Assembly (NCBI RefSeq): GCF_965277525.1
Contig: NZ_CBDIDC010000011.1
Span: 687,068-751,067 of the forward strand
Length of the DNA: 64,000 nt
Reading direction: 5' to 3'
Origin: Flavobacterium sp.
GTDB taxonomy: Bacteria > Bacteroidota > Bacteroidia > Flavobacteriales > Flavobacteriaceae
The notes beneath the pieces are model-generated. The model was not told the origin of the DNA. It did no database searches and saw only the letters and a program-made list of their open reading frames with translations. The position numbers and the translations under genes are program-made. Shown piece after piece: positions 24,833-34,344 of this stretch (position 1 is its first letter; every line of letters starts with the position of its first letter).

Positions 24833-25845
24833 GACCTGCTAAGAACCCAATAACAAACGTTCTTGAAATTGTCGAAGAGAATAATTATTATCCTTTTGGT
24901 TTAAAACATGAAAGATATAATACGGATAATAAGCAGGTAGGATATAATTATAAGTACAACGGAAAAGAACTGCAAGACGAGAGTATCGGGGGCTTTCAGC
25001 TGAATTGGTATGACATGGAAGCTCGAAATTATATGCCGGATATTGGGCGTTGGGGAAGTATAGATGAACTTGCAGAAAGTTTTTTTAATTTTTCGCCCTA
25101 TGATTTCTCAAATAATAATCCTGTATTTTTCTCAGATCCGAGTGGTTTAGCTCCAGAAAATCCTAATACTAACTATTTGGCATCAACTGTTGTAAATAGT
25201 AGAGGAAAAGTACTAGATTATAAAAATGATGGAGATACAAATATTTATTTAGCTGATGATAATTGGAAAGTGGGAAGTTCTAGAACAGGATTGCCTATAA
25301 TAGGACATGAGAAGGCAGGAGCTACATATTATCCTGGACAACAAATTAATATTAATTTTTTAACTGGAGTTGGGGAAGTTTCTAGGATAGCTAATGGCGC
25401 AGCAACTCCAATAGGTGGGGCTTTCGATATTTTAGGATTTTGGGATATGCTATCTCAAACAACTGAAGGTGATTCAGATTTACTGGCATTACTTTTCATA
25501 ATGAGAGGTAAGGGAGTTAATTCAACAAATATAGGAATCAATAACTCACATCATTTAGTGCCTAAAGCTGTTTTTAAAGCACTTAAAAGAGATTTAAAAG
25601 CTTTAATGAAATTAGGCAGTAAGAAAAACTTAATTAATTTAACGACACCTTTTCATGGTAATCACCCACAATATAGTGCATATGTTAAAAATGTGCTTAC
25701 GGAACTTAAAAATGCTGGTTCACTAAGTAAGGCATCAATCGAAGTTTTACAAAATGATTTAAGATCAATAATAAGTAATGCAGCAAAAGAATATGATAAA
25801 ACAGGAAAAAATTTGAATGAATATTTTAGACAGTTAAATAAATAG
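24823..25845 (+). CDS. orphan Rhs C-terminal module with an HNH/EndoVII (SHH/AHH-type) nuclease toxin domain; 5'-truncated and mosaic
   Basis: AKNPITNVLEIVEENNYYPFGLKHERY...YDMEARNYMPDIGRWGSID...SPYDFSNNNPVFFSDPSGL, then NNSHHLVPK...PFHGNHPQYSAYV. There is no rhs body upstream. Confidence 0.7.
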   Translation, partial: KKRRPAKNPITNVLEIVEENNYYPFGLKHERYNTDNKQVGYNYKYNGKELQDESIGGFQLNWYDMEARNYMPDIGRWGSIDELAESFFNFSPYDFSNNNPVFFSDPSGLAPENPNTNYLASTVVNSRGKVLDYKNDGDTNIYLADDNWKVGSSRTGLPIIGHEKAGATYYPGQQININFLTGVGEVSRIANGAATPIGGAFDILGFWDMLSQTTEGDSDLLALLFIMRGKGVNSTNIGINNSHHLVPKAVFKALKRDLKALMKLGSKKNLINLTTPFHGNHPQYSAYVKNVLTELKNAGSLSKASIEVLQNDLRSIISNAAKEYDKTGKNLNEYFRQLNK

Positions 25846-25850
25846 AGAAT

Positions 25851-26543
25851 ATGAAATATTATCAAATAAGCCACTCTTCTGAACCTAAGGTTATTGGAGT
25901 TAAGAATGGGGTTTACCAATTCGAAATTGATTATAATAACCTAACTAAGGATATTGAATCTCAATCTTTTTTAGATTTTTTTGATTACAGTAATAAGGAT
26001 TTTTGGAGTGATCAAGAACGTATAAAAAACTTTAAAATTCCTGTAATTAAAGGAGAAATGTTAAAAAAAGCAACAGTGACAGACATTATGGGGTATGCGC
26101 CTATTATTAGCTATTTAAATGAAGCATTTAGTTATAAATATGTTAGTATTCTTAAAGAATATAATATAGATAATTATGGTACTTTTAAAATAGAAATACA
26201 AGATGTTTTAGAAAGATACTATTTGTTATTTAATAAAACAATTTGTCTTGATGAAATTGATTATAAAGAATCAACATTAGTGACAGGTCATGCAATGATG
26301 GATAATCTAAAATATTACAAGGTCGAAAATGAATTTGAATATATTGAATTCAAACAAAAAAATCCATTGGGTAAATTTGATAAAATTTCTATTTCAAAAG
26401 AATTTTTTGGAAAAGATATCATTTGTATTCAACCTTTAGCCAACCCATTTTATTCGGAAAAATTAATTAATGGATTAATAAATGAAGGTATAACTGGCTT
26501 GGAAATCAAATATGAAAATTCTACGAAACTTAGTTTTGTTTAA
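25851..26543 (+). CDS. putative cognate immunity protein
   Basis: It starts 5 nt after the toxin stop. The N-terminus MKYYQISH resembles MSKYFFLSW of 11785..12384. Confidence 0.55.
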   Translation: MKYYQISHSSEPKVIGVKNGVYQFEIDYNNLTKDIESQSFLDFFDYSNKDFWSDQERIKNFKIPVIKGEMLKKATVTDIMGYAPIISYLNEAFSYKYVSILKEYNIDNYGTFKIEIQDVLERYYLLFNKTICLDEIDYKESTLVTGHAMMDNLKYYKVENEFEYIEFKQKNPLGKFDKISISKEFFGKDIICIQPLANPFYSEKLINGLINEGITGLEIKYENSTKLSFV

Positions 26544-26612
26544 TTAAAATTGTATTCTTTGAAAACACGAGATTTTACATTTATAATGTGTTTCAAACGA
26601 TAATTACAAGTT

Positions 26613-26652
26613 AAAATTAAAGGATGAGCAATATTGCTCATCCTTTAATTTT
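26613..26652 (+). terminator. strong rho-independent terminator
   Basis: An 18-bp perfect stem: aaaattaaaggatgagca pairs with tgctcatcctttaatttt. Confidence 0.7.
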
Positions 26653-26693
26653 AATGCTATATGTTCGGATTTTAGTTAAAGATAAAGAAAGAT

Positions 26694-27014
26694 ATGTCTG
26701 TTGAAGATAAAAACAAAATCGATGCAATTAGCACTAATAAAGAAGATGTGGTTGTGTTAACTATTTCGGATCATTTGGAATGGCATAATAATGAACATTT
26801 ATTGATCCTACAAGAGAAAATAAATAGCTATATGGATTTCCTTGAAAGTGGCCAGATATACGAAAGTTATCCTAGTGCACTAGATAAAAAAATCATTATA
26901 CAAATTGTTTTTAAATACCTGCCTAACAGAATAGCTGAAGAGTTTTTAGAAGTTGTGAAAGAGATTCTTAATAAAAATGGTTATGATTTTAAATTTTATC
27001 AGCTTGTCGTGTAA
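26694..27014 (+). CDS. small acidic hypothetical protein (orphan immunity-like)
   Basis: ORF in a same-strand run of small unrelated genes downstream of the toxin modules. Confidence 0.4.
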   Translation: MSVEDKNKIDAISTNKEDVVVLTISDHLEWHNNEHLLILQEKINSYMDFLESGQIYESYPSALDKKIIIQIVFKYLPNRIAEEFLEVVKEILNKNGYDFKFYQLVV

Positions 27015-27134
27015 TTAGAAGATAGGAAATTTAAGCTATTTTGAAGTTTTCGATAATAAAATCAAAGTAATATAATTACAGGCTTCTCAATAAGCAATAA
27101 CGTTTTTGGAACATATTTTTTTAAATTTTAAATA

Positions 27135-27668
27135 ATGAGTAGTTCAAAACAGTTAAACTTTTTTATTACACCGGAAGACTATAATTCAGTAAATAGTTTT
27201 CTTAAAGAATGTGGTGCAATGGTATTGGCTGATGGTGATATCGGAAAAGAAGAAAATGTAAGTACTTCAATAATTAATTTAAATGAAGATACTAAGCAGG
27301 TCTTTTTGAGTAGGAATGATTTTTTTGAAAAAGTTATGATTAAGACATTTGAAAATAATATTTCTTATTATTATATCACATCTAGTCCATTGATTGAATT
27401 CAGTATTGGTGGATTTTATCCATATGATAAAAATTCATTACAAAGCGCTCGTTTTTATTATATAAAAGCATACTACGATGAGAATGGTGATTTTGTTTCT
27501 AAGCCTGATGATCTCATAAACTGGTTTGATGAAGTCTTTAAAAAATTTAAAAAGGTTTTTTTAAAGAAGTATTCTAAAGATTGTTACTGTTCAGAATCTG
27601 CAATTAAGTGGATAGAATTAAATAATGCAGTATTGAATAATGGAGGGCAACAATGGTCAAAGCAGTAA
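27135..27668 (+). CDS. hypothetical protein (orphan immunity-like)
   Basis: ORF with no recognised motif. Confidence 0.4.
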   Translation: MSSSKQLNFFITPEDYNSVNSFLKECGAMVLADGDIGKEENVSTSIINLNEDTKQVFLSRNDFFEKVMIKTFENNISYYYITSSPLIEFSIGGFYPYDKNSLQSARFYYIKAYYDENGDFVSKPDDLINWFDEVFKKFKKVFLKKYSKDCYCSESAIKWIELNNAVLNNGGQQWSKQ

Positions 27669-27722
27669 AAGTATAATTAGAAGAAAATTTAATCATATCC
27701 ATAACCATTAATAAAAAAATAT

Positions 27723-28655
27723 ATGTTTTCATTTTTTAATAGAAGAAATACCAAACCAGATATACCAAACTGGGCTAGTTTTTTTGAAAATTCAGAATAT
27801 TCAATATTCATATACGAAATTGAAAATTATTTCGGTAAGCTAAACATCCAATTTGAAATTTCTGATGGAATTATAACAACAAATCAAAACGAATTTAGAT
27901 TAAGTAATTTAGGATTAAGCAATGTTGCTCAAATCTGCAAACAAGATCAACCTAAAAATTATAAAGTGATAATAAAGGATCACTTTAATTCACTGATAGA
28001 AGCAAATAAATTTGAAATAGAATTTGAAAAAAAAGTAGACAACTTTGATGAAGTTAAAAAATATATTGGAGTAAGATTATATAACGAAGAATATGTTGAT
28101 TATACTGGAAAAGAGTTTACAATAGGAAAAGAATTTGAGGGAGATATTTATTCTATGATTGTATTTGATTTCCCTCATAGTATTTCAAGTATAAAGCCGG
28201 AGCAAATAAAAAACTGGGGAAAATCTATAGACGAACTTTTCGAAATTGGAATACAAAATATTAGAGAAAAATATCCACTTACAATAACAAAAGAAGATTT
28301 TAATACATTCGACATTTGGTTTGTAAATTCTGATCATTTTTTTACACCAAACATACTATTTGATATAGAAAACCTCAAAAAGCTTAGTGGCAGTAATGGT
28401 TTATTAATTGGAATTCCTCATAGACATTCGGCTATAATATATCCAATTGAGAATTTAGAAATCGTAAAAGCTATGAATGGAATTTTTCCGGCAATTCATA
28501 ATATGAACATCGAGGGGCCTGGTTCTCTTAGTAATAAAGTTTTTTGGTATAAGGACGAAATTTTTACTGAAATTCCATATAAAATTCAAGATGAGAAATT
28601 GCAATTTTTTCCTCCAGAAAACTTTCTAAAAATGCTAAACGAGCTAAATACTTAA
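27723..28655 (+). CDS. hypothetical protein
   Basis: 310-aa ORF with no recognised motif. Confidence 0.4.
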   Translation: MFSFFNRRNTKPDIPNWASFFENSEYSIFIYEIENYFGKLNIQFEISDGIITTNQNEFRLSNLGLSNVAQICKQDQPKNYKVIIKDHFNSLIEANKFEIEFEKKVDNFDEVKKYIGVRLYNEEYVDYTGKEFTIGKEFEGDIYSMIVFDFPHSISSIKPEQIKNWGKSIDELFEIGIQNIREKYPLTITKEDFNTFDIWFVNSDHFFTPNILFDIENLKKLSGSNGLLIGIPHRHSAIIYPIENLEIVKAMNGIFPAIHNMNIEGPGSLSNKVFWYKDEIFTEIPYKIQDEKLQFFPPENFLKMLNELNT

Positions 28656-28735
28656 ATAAAATTGCGGACTTAGGTGCGTCTCTGGCCTTACGGTACGGCA
28701 GACTTAAGTAAAAAGCTACACACTACTATTATAAT

Positions 28736-29492
28736 ATGGACTACAAAGATTTTTCAACAAATTGTTTTGGCGAGTTAGAAAAATTGCAAGATAATTTAAA
28801 TATGTCTTATGATATTAATTCTTATACAAGATGGGATTATGACCAGCCGAGTGGTATTATAACTCTTTCTAAAGCTGATAAAATTATTAATTTTAGATAT
28901 TATCAAGTTGGAACTTATTCAACAGAATTAAAAACTTGGAAATGGTCTTGGGACAATGAAAATACATCAAAAAATGTAGCCGTTGATATTGAAAAAATTA
29001 AAGGTTTTGGAATTGCAAATGAGTATGAGAATTTAATTAATGGAGAATTTACTTCGTACGAAGAAATTGGATGGGAATTATCGTCTATTTGCTGTAACTT
29101 AATTGGTGGTATTGGCGTATATAGACCCGTTATTGATCATTTAAAAATTCACCTTGTACTAAGAAGTAATTGATAACGATTTAGCAGAAAGGGAAAAGAC
29201 TAAATATGTTGATTGTGAAAATCATGATAGAAGAAGAAGAGCATTTATCTGTCAGCATTTAAAAGAAGGATGCAAAAATGGATTTGAAGAATCTTTCGAA
29301 ACATTTGAAGACATGGAATTTGAGTACGAAGATGATGATTTTGTAGCTTGGTGTAACGAATGTGAAAAAGTGAGAGTTGAGGAAGGTAGTTTAGATGGAA
29401 AATGTTGGGAACAAGGCGAATTTAAAATCGTTTGTGAAAAATGTTACTTCAAAATTAAAGAAAGTAACATCGAAAAAATATCTAAAATTTAA
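28736..29492 (+). pseudogene. hypothetical protein apparently split by a frameshift; the downstream part encodes a CxxC...CxxC zinc-ribbon tail
   Basis: ORF 28736..29173 ends RSN*. The overlapping frame, open from 29163 to TAA 29490-29492, reads EVIDNDLAEREKTKYVDCENHD...WCNECEK...VCEKCY. It has coding-like composition but no start codon before residue ~52. Confidence 0.35.
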
Positions 29493-29493
29493 T

Positions 29494-30459
29494 ATGAAAA
29501 ATTACATTCTGATTTTATTAATATTGTTTAAAACCTTCACTGCTCACGGACAAAAGAAAATGGAAAATAAATTTATTACTTGGAATAATTTTGTAAATGG
29601 ATTTGGTAAAGAAATGGTTTCCGCTGAAGATGTTTTTAAAAACATGGTTAAAAGTGGATTGAAAGACCATTGCTTAACCAAAATGGATTTCACTTTTATT
29701 TCAGACAATAAGGAAAATCTAAATCGATTAGCTGAGTTTTTAAAATCACATTATCCATACACAGTGCAGGAAGTGAAGAAATATGGATCCCTGTGGGAAA
29801 TAAATGGAGAGACAAATGAAATGCCGATTACGAAAGATAATTTAATGTATTGGTGTTTGGATATGTATAAAAGAGGCTATGAATTTGATTCAACTCTAGA
29901 CGCTTATGGAGGACTATTTGACCCTAAAGATCCCAAACTTCCAGACTTAGCCCCTTCAAAAGCAGATTACTATTTTGAGAAAGGCGTTGAATGTTATAAT
30001 AATGGAGATTTAAGCGGCTCTTTAATCAATTGGTCATTAACCATTGCTATTAATTCAAAAGATCCAAATGCTTATTACTCAAGAGCAATCGTGAAAAATG
30101 AATTGTATACTTGGAAATCAGCACTTAAAGATTATGATAAAGCTTTAGAAATAGCACCAAAATTTGCAAGTGCCTTAATAAACAGAGGTGGGCTTAAAGA
30201 TGAAAATGGAGATTATCAAGGGGCAATTGCTGATTATTAGAAAGTATTGCAACTCGATGATTCAGAGATTGAGAATAAACAACAAGCATATTTTAATCTT
30301 GGTAATACAAAATTCAATTTAAAAGATAAAAATGGAGCTTGCGAAAATTGGAAAAAAGCATTGGAACTTGGTGCCGATTATGCTAAAGATAAAATTGATG
30401 AATACTGTAAAGAAAAAAGAAATGAATGCTTAACTCTTTCTAAGAATGAATTTTCTTAA
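29494..30459 (+). pseudogene. secreted TPR-repeat protein interrupted by an in-frame amber codon (30238-30240)
   Basis: Signal peptide MKNYILILLILFKTFTAHG. TPR units run on both sides of the TAG (…GAIADY*KVLQLDDS…). 29395..30240 and 30247..30459 are in the same frame. Confidence 0.5.
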
Positions 30460-30922
30460 AACTATTTTTGGCATTAAAAAGCCAGTCATACAAAGTATTA
30501 GTGTAATAAAATACCCTGATAGAATTTTCTTCGAAACCTGCTATAAAATAGTTAACTCATATTCTACAAGATCGAAAGAAATTACAATCTCAGATGTTGA
30601 AATAGGTATAACAATTCTTAGACATCTCGATTTATCTAGAACAATAAAGAAATTTACCAAACAGGAAAGAATAGAAAATTATGAAGCGTACAAAAAGATT
30701 ACGGGATTAAAATCTATAAAAGCTCAGATGAAAGATTCACTTCATGTATCTATTACCCGCCAAAATAATCAGATTACATTCTACCCGACAATAAATGGAG
30801 GAACTTCTGGCGACCGAAAAGGATATCATTTCTTAAACGAAGAAAAAATTATCATTGAAGATAGTGAAGATTTCGAATCAATTGGAGAAGCATTGAAAAT
30901 AGCTTTGGAGAAATGTAGTTGA
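30446..30922 (+). CDS. hypothetical protein
   Basis: ORF overlapping the upstream gene end by 14 nt. Confidence 0.4.
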   Translation: MNFLKTIFGIKKPVIQSISVIKYPDRIFFETCYKIVNSYSTRSKEITISDVEIGITILRHLDLSRTIKKFTKQERIENYEAYKKITGLKSIKAQMKDSLHVSITRQNNQITFYPTINGGTSGDRKGYHFLNEEKIIIEDSEDFESIGEALKIALEKCS

Positions 30923-31046
30923 GTAAACCCAATTAGTTAAAAAAACAAGAGTTAGCAACCTTCATAGTTATGCTGAAAAGACTTCAAAAACATTAGAAAG
31001 TATAAGTGGAACTCACCCTACAAAAAAAAATGAATAATAGAAAAGA

Positions 31047-31703
31047 ATGAAAAAGTTTAAATTTATATTATTTTTAATGTTGACAGTAACTTCATGTCAG
31101 CTAATGAACAAAAATGAATCAGAAGAAAAAAGTAAAAATATAGTTAGTGAATTTATAAAAGGAAATAAAATGGATAAAACCGAATTCTGGAAAATAATAG
31201 CTTACTCAATTACAAATTCGAATGAAGATAAAGTAAAACAGGAAAAAATTATTATTGAAAAATTATCAGCTTATAGTCCTGAGCAAATTATTGAATTTGA
31301 AATAATTCTTAGACAGCTAATTATTCAAGCAGATGATTTTAAAATAATGGGAGCTCAAAAAATTATCGAAGGATATGTTTCTGACGACAGTTATCTATAT
31401 TTTCGCTGTTGGTTAATTGGAAAAGGGGAAGAAATTTATAGGAAAACCATTAGAAATCCTGATTTTTTGTCAGAAAGGATTAGCCGAGATGATGAGTTCT
31501 ATTTTGAGGGACTATTATATGTTTCAACAAATGCATATAAAATAAAAACAGGTAAAATTGTAGAAGATGCAACCTTTCCAAGAGATGTAGCATATCTAAA
31601 AGGTTTAGACTATGATTTTGGGGCACCGCCAACAAAAGGCGTGGATTGGAAAGAGGAAGATCTGCCGACAACTTATCCTAAATTATGGAGGCTTTTTAAT
31701 TAA
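31047..31703 (+). CDS. lipoprotein with a DUF4240-like domain
   Basis: Lipobox LTVTSC. MDKTEFWKII...LSAYSPEQIIEF...SDDSYLYFRCWLIGKGEEIY matches the DUF4240 signature. Confidence 0.55.
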   Translation: MKKFKFILFLMLTVTSCQLMNKNESEEKSKNIVSEFIKGNKMDKTEFWKIIAYSITNSNEDKVKQEKIIIEKLSAYSPEQIIEFEIILRQLIIQADDFKIMGAQKIIEGYVSDDSYLYFRCWLIGKGEEIYRKTIRNPDFLSERISRDDEFYFEGLLYVSTNAYKIKTGKIVEDATFPRDVAYLKGLDYDFGAPPTKGVDWKEEDLPTTYPKLWRLFN

Positions 31704-31752
31704 AAAACACCCAATTTTTATATAACGAAGCAAACAAAACATTGTAGGAGAT

Positions 31753-32064
31753 ATGATATTAAGTCAAGCAATTATAAATTGTATGGATTATAAGGATACT
31801 GAGGAATCTATGTATTCAATTTATGCTAAAAGAATAAATGGAAAATTCCAGCCAGATTCAGAAGCTTTAGTTTTAAAATTGACATTTGAAGAAATGGAAA
31901 TGAAATCGATTAAAGTAGCTGAAGAAAAATGTCCAGGATTTGACTATTTTTTAGAAATGTTTGTTTTAAAAGATTTTTACGAAGATTTACTAAAACATGA
32001 AGAATTCAAATCAGATACTAAAAAGATAGAAAGAATTATTTATTATGCAGAATTTGATGCTTAA
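31753..32064 (+). CDS. hypothetical small protein
   Basis: ORF, the last gene before the mobilization module. Confidence 0.35.
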   Translation: MILSQAIINCMDYKDTEESMYSIYAKRINGKFQPDSEALVLKLTFEEMEMKSIKVAEEKCPGFDYFLEMFVLKDFYEDLLKHEEFKSDTKKIERIIYYAEFDA

Positions 32065-32156
32065 GTAAAATTGATAATTATTCAAAAAATATTATGATAG
32101 AACAACTGGATGTGCTAACAAATAGATACTCATTGTAAGAGTGTACATTTTTTCAA

Positions 32157-33428
32157 TTATTGAGAGAGTCCTCTTCTCTTTTTCTTGCTTTTTTTCTTTT
32201 TCAATTGATTTTGTATATAATCTGAAGAATATTCAGCTCGCATAAGCACATCCAATAACTTAACTAAATGAGGAATAGTAAGTGTATCTTTTTGATATTG
32301 AAGATCATCAATCAATAATTCTTTAGATGGGAGGTTTTCGTAAATCTGATTGCTTTTTCCTTCAATAGCAACCTTTAATCCGCATCGCTCTTCAATAGCT
32401 TTTGCACTGTATTCTTTTCCCAAGCTACTGCCATTAAAAACATTTTTGGTGATAAGGTCTATATAAGTAATACCATAAAGTAAGCCTTCACTACTTCTTC
32501 TAAAAACGGTTTGAATGCCTTCTCTTTCCAATAGTTTTGCAAGATGACTTATAGGCATTGCTCGCTCATTTAAGAGTGCCATATTAATAATGTTTTTTAT
32601 CCGTAATTTGTCAGACATATTTCTTGCTTCATTTTCCTTAAATTTTTCTCCCAAGAATTTCAACGTTGGTTTAAAATAAAAATCACTTGCTTTTATTGGA
32701 ACACCAATTGGGTTTCCTTTGTCATCCAGTATTCGGTACACCAATCCATTTGCTAAAAAGATTTTTGAATTCTCACTGCCACGATCAGCCAAAACATTAT
32801 ATTGTTTTAGCACTGCATTAAGTTCGGGAAGGCTGGAATATTTATACTCATTAATTATCTTATTTAAAACATTGGTTAGGGCTTTTTTAGATTCAATTTT
32901 TCCATAGCTAACCTTGCCCATCGAAATGGGCTGTAAATTAAACTGCTCTTTTATTTTTCGTCCTTCCGCTTTTACCAGTCCAAAAATCTCTTCTATTTCC
33001 TTTCTCGCTGGTTCTGATTTTCGTATGCCTAGATGGTGCATGTCAATCCGCTTGCCGTATCTTTCAATGTTTACAGAAACTACATGCACGTGCGGGTGTC
33101 CCGCATCGTGATGCTGGTAAACCAAATAAGGCTGTTTTGCAAAACCGATTTTGTCCATGTAGGTATTTACAATAGCCATCAATTTTTCTTTTGAATGATT
33201 TTCTGACGGATCAAAATTGAGCGAAATATGTACGCTGTTCCGTTTGGTATTTTCGTTTAATTCAAGGCGTTTTGTAAAGCGGTTGATCTTTGCAAAATCA
33301 TCTAATTTATCTACATCAGCAGTATAATTTTCCGCACCGATACATTCTGCTACACCCTGTTTAACCTTATTCTCATTATAGTTAAAGATACTCCGGATCG
33401 AATGGCTCGTTTTTATGATTGTAACCAT
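32157..33428 (-). CDS. MOB relaxase (relaxase/mobilisation nuclease domain; Bacteroidota MobB-type)
   Basis: YLVYQHHDAGHPHVHVVSVNI is the HxDxxxPHxH histidine triad. The N-terminal Tyr region is present. The start overlaps the upstream accessory gene by 16 nt. Confidence 0.85.
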   Translation of the reverse strand: MVTIIKTSHSIRSIFNYNENKVKQGVAECIGAENYTADVDKLDDFAKINRFTKRLELNENTKRNSVHISLNFDPSENHSKEKLMAIVNTYMDKIGFAKQPYLVYQHHDAGHPHVHVVSVNIERYGKRIDMHHLGIRKSEPARKEIEEIFGLVKAEGRKIKEQFNLQPISMGKVSYGKIESKKALTNVLNKIINEYKYSSLPELNAVLKQYNVLADRGSENSKIFLANGLVYRILDDKGNPIGVPIKASDFYFKPTLKFLGEKFKENEARNMSDKLRIKNIINMALLNERAMPISHLAKLLEREGIQTVFRRSSEGLLYGITYIDLITKNVFNGSSLGKEYSAKAIEERCGLKVAIEGKSNQIYENLPSKELLIDDLQYQKDTLTIPHLVKLLDVLMRAEYSSDYIQNQLKKKKSKKKRRGLSQ

Positions 33429-33808
33429 TTATCCGAGATTTTATAAATATGATTTTGAATGTCATTTATTTTATTGGAAAGGATTATTCTTTCCAATTCG
33501 TAACGTGTAATCCATTCTCTGAATTCCGGAAATTGTTTTAAGGTATGCATCTTTTTCACAACCTGATTTACATTGTTTCCCACAGCACTCAGCTCGTTAC
33601 GGAGTAGTACGATTTCTTCGATAGAATCGTCTATTGACTGATTTCTGTAATGTGTTGTAATGGGCTTGTTAAATAAATGCTTGCGAATATAATCGCTCAG
33701 TTTACGGCACGTACTGTTTTTGTATCGTTGCTCAATTTTCGAATACTCTTCTGGTGTCACGCGCACTGTAATTCTGCGTGATCTGTTTGAATTTTCTCTT
33801 TCCATCAT
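33413..33808 (-). CDS. relaxosome accessory protein (MobC family, RHH-like)
   Basis: RITVRVTPEEYSKIE (ribbon-helix-helix-type strand) and LSAVGNNVNQVVKKMH (the MobC GxNxNQ motif). Confidence 0.75.
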   Translation of the reverse strand: MMERENSNRSRRITVRVTPEEYSKIEQRYKNSTCRKLSDYIRKHLFNKPITTHYRNQSIDDSIEEIVLLRNELSAVGNNVNQVVKKMHTLKQFPEFREWITRYELERIILSNKINDIQNHIYKISDKWLQS

Positions 33809-33876
33809 CTTTCATTTTCATTGTTATCAAACTCTTTTTTCCTTTCAGTGTCACTGATCCCGAGTTCCGAGGATAG

Positions 33877-33921
33877 ATCAGCCAGATAGGCGGTTGTCCG
33901 ACAACCGTTCATCTGGCTGAT
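33877..33921. promoter_or_regulatory. oriT-like compound inverted repeat upstream of the mob operon
   Basis: atcagccagat-agg-cggttgtc-c-gacaaccg-ttc-atctggctgat, i.e. 11-bp outer and 8-bp inner perfect arms, starting 69 nt upstream of the mobC-like start. Confidence 0.45.
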
Positions 33922-34107
33922 TGCAGGAACGTGGCAATCTTTGGAGATTTTTAAAAGCAGGTTTCTAATTTAGTGAAAAAAATTATATGTATCATGCGTA
34001 AAATATGGTCATGATAGCTGCAGACTGTTATCTTTAAAAAAAGTTTTTTTCCATATAACTCTTAAAATAGGATATTTTAGATTAGAGAATTTTAGAATCA
34101 TAAAATA

Positions 34108-34344
34108 TCAATTAACTGACAATTCTGATTTTAGTTCGTCAGTCTGTTTTTTATGTTTCTTTTCAAGCTCTTCAAACTCTTTTACTTTCTTTTTGTAATA
34201 AACCTCTTTTAGATAAATTTCTTTATCAATGCGCGAAAGCTCCTTTTCCAAGGTTTTGGTTTTTTCAGAGCGGTATAAAAAAAATATGGTTGTGAAGAAT
34301 AAGAGGCATAAAAGAATTACAAGATGAAATTTGAGACGATTCAT
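34108..34344 (-). CDS. small membrane-anchored coiled-coil protein
   Basis: An N-terminal TM helix followed by a Lys/Glu-rich helix. Confidence 0.4.
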   Translation of the reverse strand: MNRLKFHLVILLCLLFFTTIFFLYRSEKTKTLEKELSRIDKEIYLKEVYYKKKVKEFEELEKKHKKQTDELKSELSVN

